64,000 nt of DNA, from assembly GCA_002269645.1 (NCBI GenBank), contig NIVC01003880.1, forward strand, positions 54,571 through 118,570, in the 5' to 3' direction. The notes below the pieces were generated by a model, which was not told the DNA's origin, searched no databases, and worked only from the letters and a program-made list of their open reading frames with translations. The stretch comes from Macrostomum lignano (Eukaryota). Below are positions 10,758 to 22,730 of this stretch, piece after piece. Both the position numbers and the translations under genes were made by a program. The first letter of the stretch is position 1; each line of letters starts with the position of its first letter.

Positions 10758-13273
10758 TTACTGGTACAACGGTTTCAAGAGGCACTTTTTCGTTAGGGTG
10801 CAGGTGAACTCTGAAATCGTGCACGCGATCGTTGAATGGATCGGAAAACGAGCTCGCTCCATCTGAGCATTCACTCTGGTCATTATTTCCTTGATGTCTT
10901 CATCCGAGTGATGCTTCTCGATCTCGTTGCACACGGTCTGAACAAAGAAGGAGCCCGTCGTGCTGTTTCTGTAGGCCGGTGAGTCCTTGGTGCTCGATCT
11001 GCAGACCAGGAAGTCGCTTCCCTTTGGACTGAATCGTCTTTCCATCGGAGCGCTGTCAGTCGATTCTTCGCAGACTTCAATGGTTTGGCCTCGACAGGCC
11101 TGTACGAAGAATATCTTTGGCTTGCCGAGTAGGCCCGGACAGATGTCCGACTGGAAAGTCTCTAGAATGCGGTTCAGCTCCAGTGCATTGCCGTTGCTGC
11201 CAAAGATTGATTTTTCATTGCCGTGAGCCATGAGAAAGCAGACAAAGCAGCCGTGGTGCATAATTTCCTCCTCAATGGCAACTTCGTGCAGCAATTTATC
11301 GATATCGTAGGCTGGCAGATCCTCAGCAACTCTCAATTCGAAGTCCAACCGTCCAAAGACCTCCTTGATGCGAGTGACATCCAGCTCTGAGCCAGGGCGG
11401 CAGTTAAACCCAGAGGAAGCGGAGTATTTGTTGATGTTAATCACCAGACAGACACCCTGAGGGGAGGTCATTGTGTATGACAGCAGGGGCACTCGTGGCT
11501 GAGTCCCAGCAAGGCCACCAACGCTGCTGCAAGTGAAGTTAAGAGTACGGTAAGTTCAAGTAAATTATTAACAGCGACTTGGGTGTATACTGACGTGTTT
11601 GGACGGTCGGGCTCAAGTTCCCGCGGCACCATCAAACTCTGGTCTTCGTGCTGCTGCAATTCCCATGCTGAGAGCAGTTCTTCCTGTTCGTTTCTGAAGT
11701 TCACATGCAAAAAAATAAAAGGGTCCCGTGCCTCTATTTACAACGGAAATGCAAGGCAGACAAGCAGAACGGCGGTAACTTACGTGCGGTCTGCAGCTAG
11801 GGGTACAGTCTCCTTGTACTCTATTCCTTTAAGGCCTTCGATGGACCGACCACCTGAGATGTATGTTTGGGATTTATTCTTAGAGCCAGGATTTACGAAT
11901 TTCATGCTTACTAATAAAACAGCTTTTCTTTACCGGTCTGGCGAGAATTTGTGGGCCATCGCTCAAGAGAGCGGACCTTCTGGTCACTCAATGGCGATAG
12001 TCTGGCGTAGGCAAATTTAGGACCGATGCGAACTCTGCTTCTGGTCTCTGCAGCGACGTGATTGTCTGGTTCTCGAAGTAGAAACACATACCTGCGATTG
12101 GAAAGCAAAGCTAGAAATTTACTTAGCGAATAATTAATAGTAGTAATTGTTCTGTTGTTGAATTAACGAACGCAGAAACAAGATAGATAATTATCCGGGC
12201 GCTCAGTGGCACCAAAAGAGGGGCTTGGCCAATAGGAGGGCGGCTCGTATATTTATGCACGCGGGGAAGGAAAGTTCTAGAAAGACCGGGGAAGGAAACT
12301 TCTGGAACTATGCGTAAACAAGTCCGCGGTGGAAGTTTCTAGAAACGCTGTCCCCGAACTACCCCTACGCATCGCATGCCTTTGCAATACACAACAGTAA
12401 TAATTGATAACACCTGCTCCAATGGGCAGATGTGCAATCGACAGCTCAGCCGCAGCTATTGTGCGGCGCATCTGAAGGCTGCGTACGGCTGTTCAGTCCA
12501 AGGACTGAGACGTCGCCACACCTCAATTACCCAAGCTAATGCTTGGCACCCATTTTACTGCTGGGTAAACTGAAGCAATGCAGAGTTAATGTCTTGCTCA
12601 AGGATACAAATTGTTCCGAGTTGGGTCGAGAGATCGAACCTCCGATCTTTAAGTCGTGAGTCCGACGCTCTAACTACTAGGCTACAACGGCCCCTAGCCA
12701 ATAAGCCATGCATCAATAGAGGAAATGAAAACTCACTTACATGTCGGGGTTAAGGCGTGATGCTTTGCTAGACGTGCTAGCCTTGCGCCAGAAGCCTGAG
12801 AGGTCACGGATACTTTCACCGAGTCGCTTCACCTGATAGCTCACGCTTTCATTTTCCAGAATGCGCCTCACAAAGTGCTCGCAATTGTTCTTTTGCAGGC
12901 TGTAGTGCGTTTCGCCAAGACACCCGAGACTCGTCTCAATAACAGCTTCACGTTGCAGGTCGGAGCAGCTGCACTCAAACACGATTATCTTTGAGTCCTT
13001 GGCAACAGTATGGAAGTCTTCAACGGAAATGACGCCTTTACCGTCTTTCTTTAAGTTGGATAGTTGGCAAATGATGTGACGCACAGGGCTGGACGCTCCT
13101 GGGATGGATATTTCTCCAGCTTCCAATTTGCTCAGGTACCCTTTGCCGATGTAGATAGCAAAGTGCTGATAGCAGCCTCTGTCAAAGGCCACAGCCCAGC
13201 CTGGCTTGAGCACTTCTAGAGCCTCGTCGACTTTGGCTTTTTCTTTGAAAACCAATTCCTTCTGCATGCACAT
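10758..13273 (-). CDS. LRAT/PLAAT-domain-caspase fusion protein; complement(join(10758..11526,11595..11693,11784..11853,11934..12091,12741..13273)), 542 aa
   Basis: Exon 1 has KPGWAVAFDRGCYQHFAIYIGKG and YSLQKNNCEHFV (LRAT H-box and NC motif). Last exon has YTMTSPQGVCLVINI, RPGSELD, LMAHG, KPKIFFVQACRG, AYRNSTTGSFFV (caspase p20+p10). Four GT-AG introns (donors GTAAGT, GTAAAG, GTAAGT, GTCAGT) with phases 2/1/2/2 give 533+158+70+99+769 = 1629 nt with no internal stop. Confidence 0.8.
12395..12688 (-). mobile_element. tRNA-derived SINE with CORE-like domain (copy 2), inside intron 1 of the LRAT-caspase gene
   Basis: Co-linear with 6040-6338 (shared GCGCGGCGCATCTGAAGGCTGCGTACGGCTGTTCAGTCCAAGGACT and GTCGTGAGTCCGACGCTCT). 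Confidence 0.7.
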
Positions 13274-15064
13274 AATGCCGGCAAACTGAACGTCACTGGT
13301 TTAGAATGCCCTCAAAGACAAGTATAGCCACCTGAGATTCCCTAATAGAGTTTTTTATGGCCCTTGTTATAAACGATGCGTCTATAAGTCTAGCCTGGCA
13401 AATCCGTGGAAATTCCACGGCTAGCTGATGTATCTTTATCACTGACGTTTTATCTGCCTTTCACGAGTATGTTGCGCTGACATAACTATTAGCATGCATG
13501 CGTTCAGATATGGCTGACGGTCTAAAAATGCGAGTGCAATTTTGCTTGTTTTTGTCGCCGCTAATTTCTTGGAAATGGAGGTAAAGAAGTTTACTTCGCA
13601 CAAACAAAAAACTATTTTGCTTCTAGAGAAAAAACCCGGCCAAAGCTGCCACTAAGTACAATTGTCTAGAGATAAAACATCCACTTCCTTTCGAGTACCT
13701 GATAACTTGAGAATAGCTCTCGAGTCGTCATTTAAGGTCTTTTGATCTAATGGACAGGTGAAGTGATACATTCTAGGCACCAAAGTTTCTATTCTGAATT
13801 CTGAATGTTAAAATCAATGAGAATGCTCCAGCAAGTAACAGCTGACCCCTGCTTCAACCATAGGAAGCGACAATGTACATGTACAAGGTAAGAAAATATA
13901 ACTATATAAATTCCTTTTAAAATCAAGTAAAGACTTCGCCTCATTTTGACCTAAACCCAGATAATCTTGACAACGAAAAATCCCTCCATTACATACGCCA
14001 ATATAGCTACTGAGCGGATATTTTTTATACACAGGCTTCAACTTTTTGAGGCTCAAAAAGTGCAACACATACAGGATACTATTTCTTAGATTTGTAGGAT
14101 CTGAGCTATCAAAGTTTGATCTCATATGTAAATTCCTTTTCGCGCCGGAACTAGAAATACAAAAGCTCCGTTCCTGCCGACATGGTCAGCTGGGCTGGCC
14201 ATAGACTATAGCTAGAATCTTAATGCGCCCCTGTGCAAAGCCTTTCCAGCCGAGAAGGGAGCATTTTATACTCGGCTTGGACAAATCTTGGGTCGAAAAA
14301 AACAGTTTCAAAGTGCATTTCACTTAATGCTCTCTGAATAGATTATGCAGTGTGTACACTCGATATCTAGCAATAGACACTACAGTTCGCTTTGAAATCT
14401 GCAAACAGGCCTTTTTGAAAGAGAAAGCACTGCACCTCCTTAATACGAGTAGTGCATCATTTTATAGAAAAGTAAATCAGCTACAACCATGGATATTTTT
14501 GCATACATCGGATTCTGAGACTGATGATGTCATCACAGAGAATGCTGAAACCGAGTCGCTGCATTTCATTGCAGATAAGTATGACTTTTTTCACCCATTT
14601 TCGTATGATCAGCGCTGCTACCTCTTCAAAAATGAGTAACGCGTATCTTATATATATACTTAAAAGCTTAAATTTTGAATATATTTATTGTTAATCCAGT
14701 CTTCTGCATTTCGAGTTCGCACAAACTATAGCTGGTAAAAACAGCTCAAGTTGATTAAAAAAACTTATTACATTATACCAAAATAAATTTTACAATCGGT
14801 AGTAACTGTGAACTCGAATTAGAACATTGGCTTGCCGTTGCTTTTCGGGGACAAAATGGCAAAAGGAACAACTTTTGAAAACATAAAAATTGAAGCAAGG
14901 AGTCTGAAAAGACCAGGCGGATATATCATATATAAAGAGTGAACAGGGTTTAAGAAATGATGCTGAACAAACAATGAACTCTTGAGAACAATTGGAATTG
15001 ATAATTTAGGAGAACATGGAGAAATACAGCCGAATAGGGATAGAATTCAGATATTCAGGGAATA

Positions 15065-16365
15065 ATTCAGGTGAACAAGGGGAAAATTCGGGGAAACAAA
15101 AATTCTGGGGGATAAGGGGAGAATTCAGGGGGAACAAGGGGAGAATTCTTGGGGAATGAGGGGAGAATTCTCGGAGAACAAGGCGAGAATTCAGGGGGAA
15201 CAAGGGGAGAATTCGGGGGGGGGGCAAGGGAGAATTCGGGAACAAGGGGAGAATTCTTGGGAATAAGGGGAGAATTCTCGGAGAACAAGGGGAGAATTCG
15301 GGGGGAACAAGGGGAGAATTCGGGGGGAACAAGGGGAGAATTCGGAGGGAACAAGGGGAGAATTCTTGGGAATAAGGGGAGAATTCTCGGAGAACAAGGT
15401 GAGAATTCGGGAGGAACAAGGGGAGAATTCGAGGGGAACAAGGGGAGAACTCTTGGAGGGACAAGGGCAGAATTATGGGGGAACAAGGGGAGAATTCGGG
15501 GAGAACAAGGGGAGAATTCTTGGGGGGACAAGGGGAGAATTCGGTGGAGGGGCGCAAGGGGAGAATTCGAGGAACAAGGGGAGAATTCGGGGGGAACAAT
15601 GGGAGAATTCGGAGGGAACAAGGGGAGAATTCTTGGGAATAAGGGGAGAATTCTCGGAGAACAAGGTGAGAATTCGGGGGGAACAAGGGGAGAATTCGGG
15701 GGGAACAAGGGGAGAATTCGAGGGGAATGAGGGGAGAATTCTCGGAGAACAAGGCGAGAATTCGGGGGGAACAAGGGGGGAACTCTTGGAGGGACAAGGA
15801 AAGAATTCGGGGTGGACAAGGGGACAATTCAGGGGGAACAAGGGGAGAATTCGGGGGGGGCAAGGGGAGAATTCGGGGAACAAGGGGAGAATTCTTGGGG
15901 AATAAGGGGAGAATTCTCGGAGAACAAGGGGAGAATTCGGGGAACAAGGGGAGAATTCTTGGGGAATAAGGGGAGAATTCTCGGAGAACAAGGTGAGAAT
16001 TCGGGAGGAACAAGGGGAGAATTCGAGGGGAACAAAGGGAGAACTCTTGGAGGGACAAGGGCAGAATTATGGGGGAACAAGGGGAGAATTCGGGGAGAAC
16101 AAGGGGAGAATTCGGGGGGCAAGGGGAGAATTCGGGAGAACAAGGGAGAATTCGAGGGGAACAAGGGAGAATTCGGGGAACAAGGGGATAATTCGGGGGA
16201 ACAAGGGGAGAATTCTTGGGGAACAAGGGGAGAATTCTTGGGGGGACAAGAGGAGAATTCGTGGGGGGGGCAGGGGAGAATTCGGGGAACAATGGGGTAA
16301 TTTGGGGAAACAAGGGGAGAATTCGGGGGGAACAAGGGGAGAATTCTTGGGGGGACAAGGGGAGA
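15065..16365. repeat. About 21-bp minisatellite (GGGGAGAATTCGGGGGAACAA)n with variant units
   Basis: Visible tandem units rich in GAATTC; explains the many PRILPLF/GENSGG shadow ORFs. Confidence 0.95.
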
Positions 16366-17478
16366 AAAAAATGAATAAAAGCTGAGCAGCTCAGTGAGAG
16401 CACACAGCGCCAGCCAGATATATAAGCCAACAGCTTTGCTGGCACCAGCACAGGTCCGCACAGTTTTCTCAACAGGAAGCTCTCAGCTGCGCTCACCACC
16501 AGGCGCTGCGGGTCGACACTCGCGGCGAAGGCGCGGCCATCTGGCCAGAGCGCGCCGGGCTGGCGGTGGCGCCGCGCTCGTGCGCCGCGCTAGCTGAAGC
16601 CGCAGCACGTGGTAGCAGTTGGCGCGAGGTGAACCGCAGGCGATAGCACAGCGGCCCAGGCGCCAAATAGAAGACTGGCGCCAAGAACCTCGTGCACAAC
16701 CAGGGTGGTAGCGAGACGCTGGCCCGAGAGGTCAACCGGTGACCAATGAGGTCACTGAGCCTGTTCTCCCCAGGCAACCCTGACACTGCCAATGCGACTT
16801 CTGTCTGGTTCTGTAGACTGTGAAGTTTAATATTAACTTACAATTAGAAATATTTTTTTTACAATGAAACTTATTGATAGAGATTTCTAAAACTTTCCTT
16901 TTTCTTTTCAAAATATTTTACCAGTGCTAAAAGTTCAATGATAATATCTCAAAAGTTTATTTGATTCTGTATAGTAGAAAGCATCTAATGTTTCTAGCTA
17001 TATTTGACTGATGTTAAACAAGTAGGTGTCATTTTATAAAATTTAACAATGGATTTACTTTAATTTTGTAAAACTAATTCAACTAGTTTGTTTAACCTTT
17101 AAAAGTAACAAGAAGCTGTATTGAAATCATAATTTACAAAACAAAATATATATCTATACTATAGATTCTGGCTCAAAATAAAATCAATCTAACAGTATTA
17201 CATATTTAAAATACAAATGCCCTAAATATGAGACTATGAAATTTTCAAATCTAATGAATACATATAATTTGACTAAGTAATAATGTATATTATTCTAATA
17301 TAATATACCATATTCATTCAAACTTTTTATTTTAATGCCTGTATTTGAACATTTGAAGACTTTTGATAAAGTAAATTTTAAATGCTATATTAATTCTTAC
17401 TTGACTTGACTCAGCTGCAGGGGGCTCTGTGCATCCAGATGCAGCGAGGAGGCGTTGCCGCCCATTTCGCTAACCCTT

Positions 17479-18318
17479 NNNNNNNNNNNNNNNNNNNNNN
17501 NNNNNNNNNNNNNNNNNNNNNNNNNNNNNNNNNNNNNNNNNNNNNNNNNNNNNNNNNNNNNNNNNNNNNNNNNNNNNNNNNNNNNNNNNNNNNNNNNNNN
17601 NNNNNNNNNNNNNNNNNNNNNNNNNNNNNNNNNNNNNNNNNNNNNNNNNNNNNNNNNNNNNNNNNNNNNNNNNNNNNNNNNNNNNNNNNNNNNNNNNNNN
17701 NNNNNNNNNNNNNNNNNNNNNNNNNNNNNNNNNNNNNNNNNNNNNNNNNNNNNNNNNNNNNNNNNNNNNNNNNNNNNNNNNNNNNNNNNNNNNNNNNNNN
17801 NNNNNNNNNNNNNNNNNNNNNNNNNNNNNNNNNNNNNNNNNNNNNNNNNNNNNNNNNNNNNNNNNNNNNNNNNNNNNNNNNNNNNNNNNNNNNNNNNNNN
17901 NNNNNNNNNNNNNNNNNNNNNNNNNNNNNNNNNNNNNNNNNNNNNNNNNNNNNNNNNNNNNNNNNNNNNNNNNNNNNNNNNNNNNNNNNNNNNNNNNNNN
18001 NNNNNNNNNNNNNNNNNNNNNNNNNNNNNNNNNNNNNNNNNNNNNNNNNNNNNNNNNNNNNNNNNNNNNNNNNNNNNNNNNNNNNNNNNNNNNNNNNNNN
18101 NNNNNNNNNNNNNNNNNNNNNNNNNNNNNNNNNNNNNNNNNNNNNNNNNNNNNNNNNNNNNNNNNNNNNNNNNNNNNNNNNNNNNNNNNNNNNNNNNNNN
18201 NNNNNNNNNNNNNNNNNNNNNNNNNNNNNNNNNNNNNNNNNNNNNNNNNNNNNNNNNNNNNNNNNNNNNNNNNNNNNNNNNNNNNNNNNNNNNNNNNNNN
18301 NNNNNNNNNNNNNNNNNN
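17479..18318. other. Assembly gap (840 N)
   Basis: Run of N. Confidence 1.
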
Positions 18319-18665
18319 CCTGTCAGTCTGCCTGTCCACACCTGAGTGTCTCTATGACTGTTAAGCCTGTCAGTCTGCCTGGCTACCTGAGTGTCTCTAT
18401 GAGTGTTAAACCTGTCAGTCTGCCTGTCATCTGGTGTCTATGACTGTTAAACCTGTCAGTCTGCCTGTCCATCTGAGTGTCTATGACTGTTAAACCTGTG
18501 AGTCTGCCTGCTACCTGAGTGTCTCTATGACTGTTAGACTGTCAGTCTGCCTGGCTACCTGAGTGTCTCTATGACTGTTAGACCTGTCAGTCTGCCTGGC
18601 TACCTGAGTGTCTCTATGACTGTTAAACCTGTCAGTCTGCTGGCTACCTGAGTGTCTTTCTGACT
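18319..18665. repeat. About 40-45-bp tandem repeat abutting the gap
   Basis: Repeated CCTGTCAGTCTGCCTGGCTACCTGAGTGTCTCTATGACTGTTAAA units. Confidence 0.9.
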
Positions 18666-19484
18666 GTTTAACTAATCCTTTGTCTCGTCAGATTTCTCGT
18701 AGCAAATCTTTCCAAACGTATATATAGTGAGTGCTGCTGCTCTGTGCTCGCGTACTTAAGAGTGCATTTCTAAAAAAATGTGTCACTAGAAAGCATCGCA
18801 CAATTGTTTTGTTTATTAAAAGACAGGCATACGATATGTCTATGGCCTCAAAGGCAGAGCGAAATTTCAGCAATTCTCTACCAGGGTCTGCGCAGCAGTT
18901 CTGCGTTGCTCATTGATTCTGCTGTTAGGAGAAACAGCATAAGTCGGCCAAGTTTGCTTGAGCTAACAGAAGATTGGAACAACAAGGAAATGTCCTTCAA
19001 CGAGAATGTAAGTTTACATTTGTTCCTGTCATGAAGAGTCAGCAAAACGTACAAGCATTGCCCATCGTTCCCTGATCTGTAATACAAAAACGGGAGACAT
19101 GCTTAGGGTAGTTCAGGCAAAATCAGTCAATTAAGATAAGACAAACCATATAGCTCGTATACTCGTTTTGTTCTGTTCGCCAGGCCCGGCCATTCTGACT
19201 CTCCACGTGGGTCAGGCTGGAGTACAGATCGGCAACGCGATTTGGGAGCTGCTCTGTCTTGAGCACAATGTTCAAAAAGCGGCCTAGCCAAGCCCGACTG
19301 CCAGCAACGGTTTCTATGACGCAATGTTTCTACGCAATCAGAACGGCCATTTCATGCCCAGGTCGATCTTTTTAGATACGGATCCAACGTGTATTGGTAA
19401 GCATACGCTTTATAGGTTAGCTGCTTCTGTCTCTCCTTCATCGTTGAAACTCTAATTTGGAAGCGGCCAATCCGAATCGAAGAA

Positions 19485-19700
19485 GTAGTTTGCGGAGTGA
19501 GGTGGGTGTCACAGGGCAGACAGACCAGTTAAAAGGCAGCCAATCAGAATCGGAGGGGTAGCTTGCGGAGTGAGGTGGGTGTCAACAGGGCAGACAGACC
19601 AGTTAAAAGGCAGCCAATCAGAATCGGAGGGTAGCTTGCGGAGTGAGGTGGGTGTCAACAGGGCAGACAGACCAGTTAAAAAACAGCCAATCAGAATTTG
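19485..19700. repeat. 73-bp tandem repeat (about 3 copies) in the first identified tubulin intron
   Basis: TGCGGAGTGAGGTGGGTGTCA recurs at 19491, 19564 and 19637. Confidence 0.9.
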
Positions 19701-20349
19701 AGTAACGGATTTTGATGTCTTGATTAGTCTGACCTGTTTTTCCGCAGACGAGATTCGAGTCGGGCCCTACAGGGAGTTGTTCAGCACCGCGGCAGCTGCT
19801 CAGCGACAGCGCGGACTCTGGTTCAACTACATGCGCGGCCGGCGCGACTTCCGCCGCAACCTCCTGCCGGAAGCAGTTGAAAGGTTTCGCTGGCTCTCTG
19901 AGAAGTCGGATGTGACGCCGACCGCATTTCTTGTTCACAGCACCGGCGGCGGCACTGGCAGCGGCCTGTCGGTGTCCTACCTGGAGGAGCTAAGGTCCGA
20001 GTTCGATTCCCGTCTGCAGGTACTTGAGCTGAGCGTCAGCTCGGGCAACAGCGGCCTGCAGAGCACCTGCGAACTTGTCAACTCGATGCTATACTCATAC
20101 GAGTCTAAGGACTACACTTCGTTGTCCTTCTCCGTCACCAACTCGGCCATGTTCAATTTGTGCAGGTCCGGCCTCAGCCTGTACGGTGGCGCCACCTTTG
20201 CCCATCTGAATCGCATGCTCGCCATGTGCTTCAGCAACCTGACCGTGATGGAGAGATTTCCAGGCACCATGATGTGCAACATTGCCAACATTTGCAGCAA
20301 TGTACTGCCGTTTAAGTAAGTACTGCGACAGTCACTTGACAAATAGGGA

Positions 20350-21700
20350 ATTCAGGATGGCTTTTCAGGATGGTCAGAATGGTCAATATGGGTCAGGATG
20401 GTCAGGATGGTCAGGATGGTCAGGATGGTCAGGATGGTCAGGATGGTCAATATGGGTCAGGACTGTCAAGATGGTCAGGATGGGATGGTCAGGATGGTTT
20501 GGATGGTCAGTGTTAGTCAGAATGGTCAGGATGGTCAGGATGGGATGGTCAGGATGGTCAGGACGGTCAGGATGGTCAGGATGGTCAGGATGGTCAGGAT
20601 GGTCAGGACGGTCAGGATGGTCAGGATGGTCAGGATGGTCAGGATGGTCAGGACAGTCAGGATAGTCAGGATGGTCAGGATGGTCAGGATGGTCAGGATG
20701 GTCAGGATGGTCAGGATGGTCAGGATGGTCAGGATGGTCAGGATGGTCAGAATTGGTCAGAATGGGATGGTCAGAATTGGTCAGGATAGTCAGGATGGTC
20801 AGGACGGTCAGGATGGTCAGGATGGTCAGGATGGTCAGGATAGTCAAGATGGTCAGGATAGTCAGGATGGTTAGGACGGTCAGGATGGTCAGGATGGTCA
20901 GGATGTTCAGGATGTTCAGGATGTTCAGGATGGTCAGGATGTTCAGGATGGTCAGGATGGTCAGGATAGTCAAGATGGTCAGGATGGTCAGGATGGTCAG
21001 GATGGTCAGGATGGTCAGGATGGTCAGGATGGTCAGGATAGTCAAGATGGTCAGGATGGTCAGGATGGTCAGGATAGTCAGGATGGTCAGGATGGTCAGG
21101 ATGGTCAGGATGGTCAGGATGGTCAGGATGGTCAGGATGGTCAGGATGTTCAGGATGGTCAGGATGGTCAGGATGGTCAGGATGGTCAGGATGGTCAGGA
21201 TGGTCAGGATGGTCAGGATGGTCAGGATGGTCAGGATGGTCAGGATGGTCAGGATGTTCAGGATGGTCAGGATGGTCAGGATGGTCAGGATGGTCAGGAT
21301 GGTCAGGATGGTCAGGATGGTCAGGATGGTCAGGATAGTCAAGATGGTCAGGATGGTCAGGATGGTCAGGATGGTCAGGATGGTCAGGATGGTCAGGATG
21401 GTCAGGATGGTCAGGATGGTCAGGATGGTCAGGATGGTCAGGATGGTCAGGATGTTCAGGATGGTCAGGATGGTCAGGATGGTCAGGATGGTCAGGATAG
21501 TCAAGATGGTCAGGATGGTCAGGATGGTCAGGATAGTCAAGATGGTCAGGATGGTCAGGATGGTCAGGATGGTCAGGATGGTCAGGATGGTCAGGATGGT
21601 CAGGATGGTCAGGATGGTCAGGATGTTCAGGATGGTCAGGATGTTCAGGATGGTCAGGATGGTCAGGATGGTCAGGATGGTCAGGAATGTCAGGACAGTC
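20350..21700. repeat. 9-bp minisatellite (GGTCAGGAT)n filling the second identified tubulin intron
   Basis: About 150 visible units between donor 20316 and acceptor 21749. Confidence 0.97.
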
Positions 21701-22542
21701 ATCAGTTTCAGGATCAAATGGTATTCCGAGGCTTCCCAACCAACCGCAGGCAGCTGAAGCACCCCATCGTGGCCTGCGCGCCGTTTACTGCAGCCTCGGC
21801 AGTCGGCAAGGAGCGCTCGAGCGCCATCGGCATCACTTCGGCTTTGATGGAGCCCGATGGTCAGCTAGCGGATGTGGACCTGCGCCAGGGCAAGCACATG
21901 GCCGGGGCGCTCATCTACCGAGGCGCGGCCAAGACAGCCGACATCGAGCAGGCGCTGCTGTCGCTGCGCGCGAGCGCGGCCGAGTTCAGTTCGTTGACTG
22001 GGCGCCGTCCAGCTTCAAGACCGGCCTGTCCGAGCTGCCGCCGCTAGCCGTACCGGACAGCGGCATCGCCGGGCTGCCCCTGTCGGTGACGCTGGTCAGC
22101 AATCACTCGGCCGTGGCATCCCTTTTCCGCGGCCAATCGACCGCAGTCAGGAAGCTGGTCGAAGCCGGCAGCTGCTTCCTGCGCAGCTACGAGACGAGCG
22201 CCGCCAATGGTTCCGAGGCCGGTGGCGGGTTTGAAGACAGCGGCTCTTCGCAATCGGCTGGTCACAACGTCGGCGGCCGCGGTGGCAACATCGTCGGCCT
22301 GCTCAAGGAGGCCTCCGACCATTTGGAGGGCCTGGCGCAGGTGTACAGCAGCGAGCTTCCGCCGACCCCCACTGGCCAGCAGGCGAACAGCGAAGACTCC
22401 GGCGGTCCCAAGCGGATCGTGGCGTCACCAATGTCGAGGGCGACAGCCGCCAAGCCGCGCCGGGCCTCGCTGGGTCGGGAGGCGCTGTTCCCCATCGGCC
22501 AAGTCGATCCGGCCGAGTGCAAGCGGACGAGGAGTCAGCAAC

Positions 22543-22730
22543 CCCGGGCAAAGTCGCCTCTGTGCAGCAGCACTCAAAGGGAAGCGGCACCGACGAACGA
22601 TTCGGTCCTTCGCAGACGCAGGAACTGGACTCGCCGGGCAAAGTCGCCTCTGTGCAGCAACAGTCAACGGGAAGCGGCACCGACGAACGATTCGGACCAT
22701 CGCAGATGCAGGAACTGGACTCGCCGGGCG
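22543..22730 (+). repeat. 90-bp tandem repeat (2 copies plus a partial) in the tubulin 3' extension
   Basis: CCGGGCAAAGTCGCCTCTGTGCAGCA at about 22543 and 22633; open in two frames. Confidence 0.85.

Noticed and set aside
10758-11492. Stand-alone, prodomain-less caspase starting at GTG
   Set aside because: An acceptor lies 34 nt upstream and phase-compatible exons link it to the LRAT exon; GTG starts are unlikely in a metazoan.
14352-14639. 95-aa ORF in AT-rich DNA
   Set aside because: No recognisable motif or splice support.
15006-16499. Many overlapping ORFs up to 497 aa
   Set aside because: All lie in the 21-bp minisatellite and are open on both strands.
16394-16792. GC/CpG-rich patch with short ORFs on both strands
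   Set aside because: No homology or termini recognised; may be a promoter or transposon fragment but this cannot be supported.
17397-18443. ORFs of 289-345 aa
   Set aside because: Artefacts spanning the N gap.
18780-19034. Candidate first tubulin exon ending at GAGAAT|GTAAGT (donor near 19008)
   Set aside because: The donor is strong, but the ATG-containing frame is phase 0 while the best acceptor (19183) needs phase 1; the phase-1 frame has no ATG. Left unassigned.
20282-21762. ORFs of (ILT)n, (MVR)n, (HPD)n
   Set aside because: Translations of the intronic 9-bp repeat.
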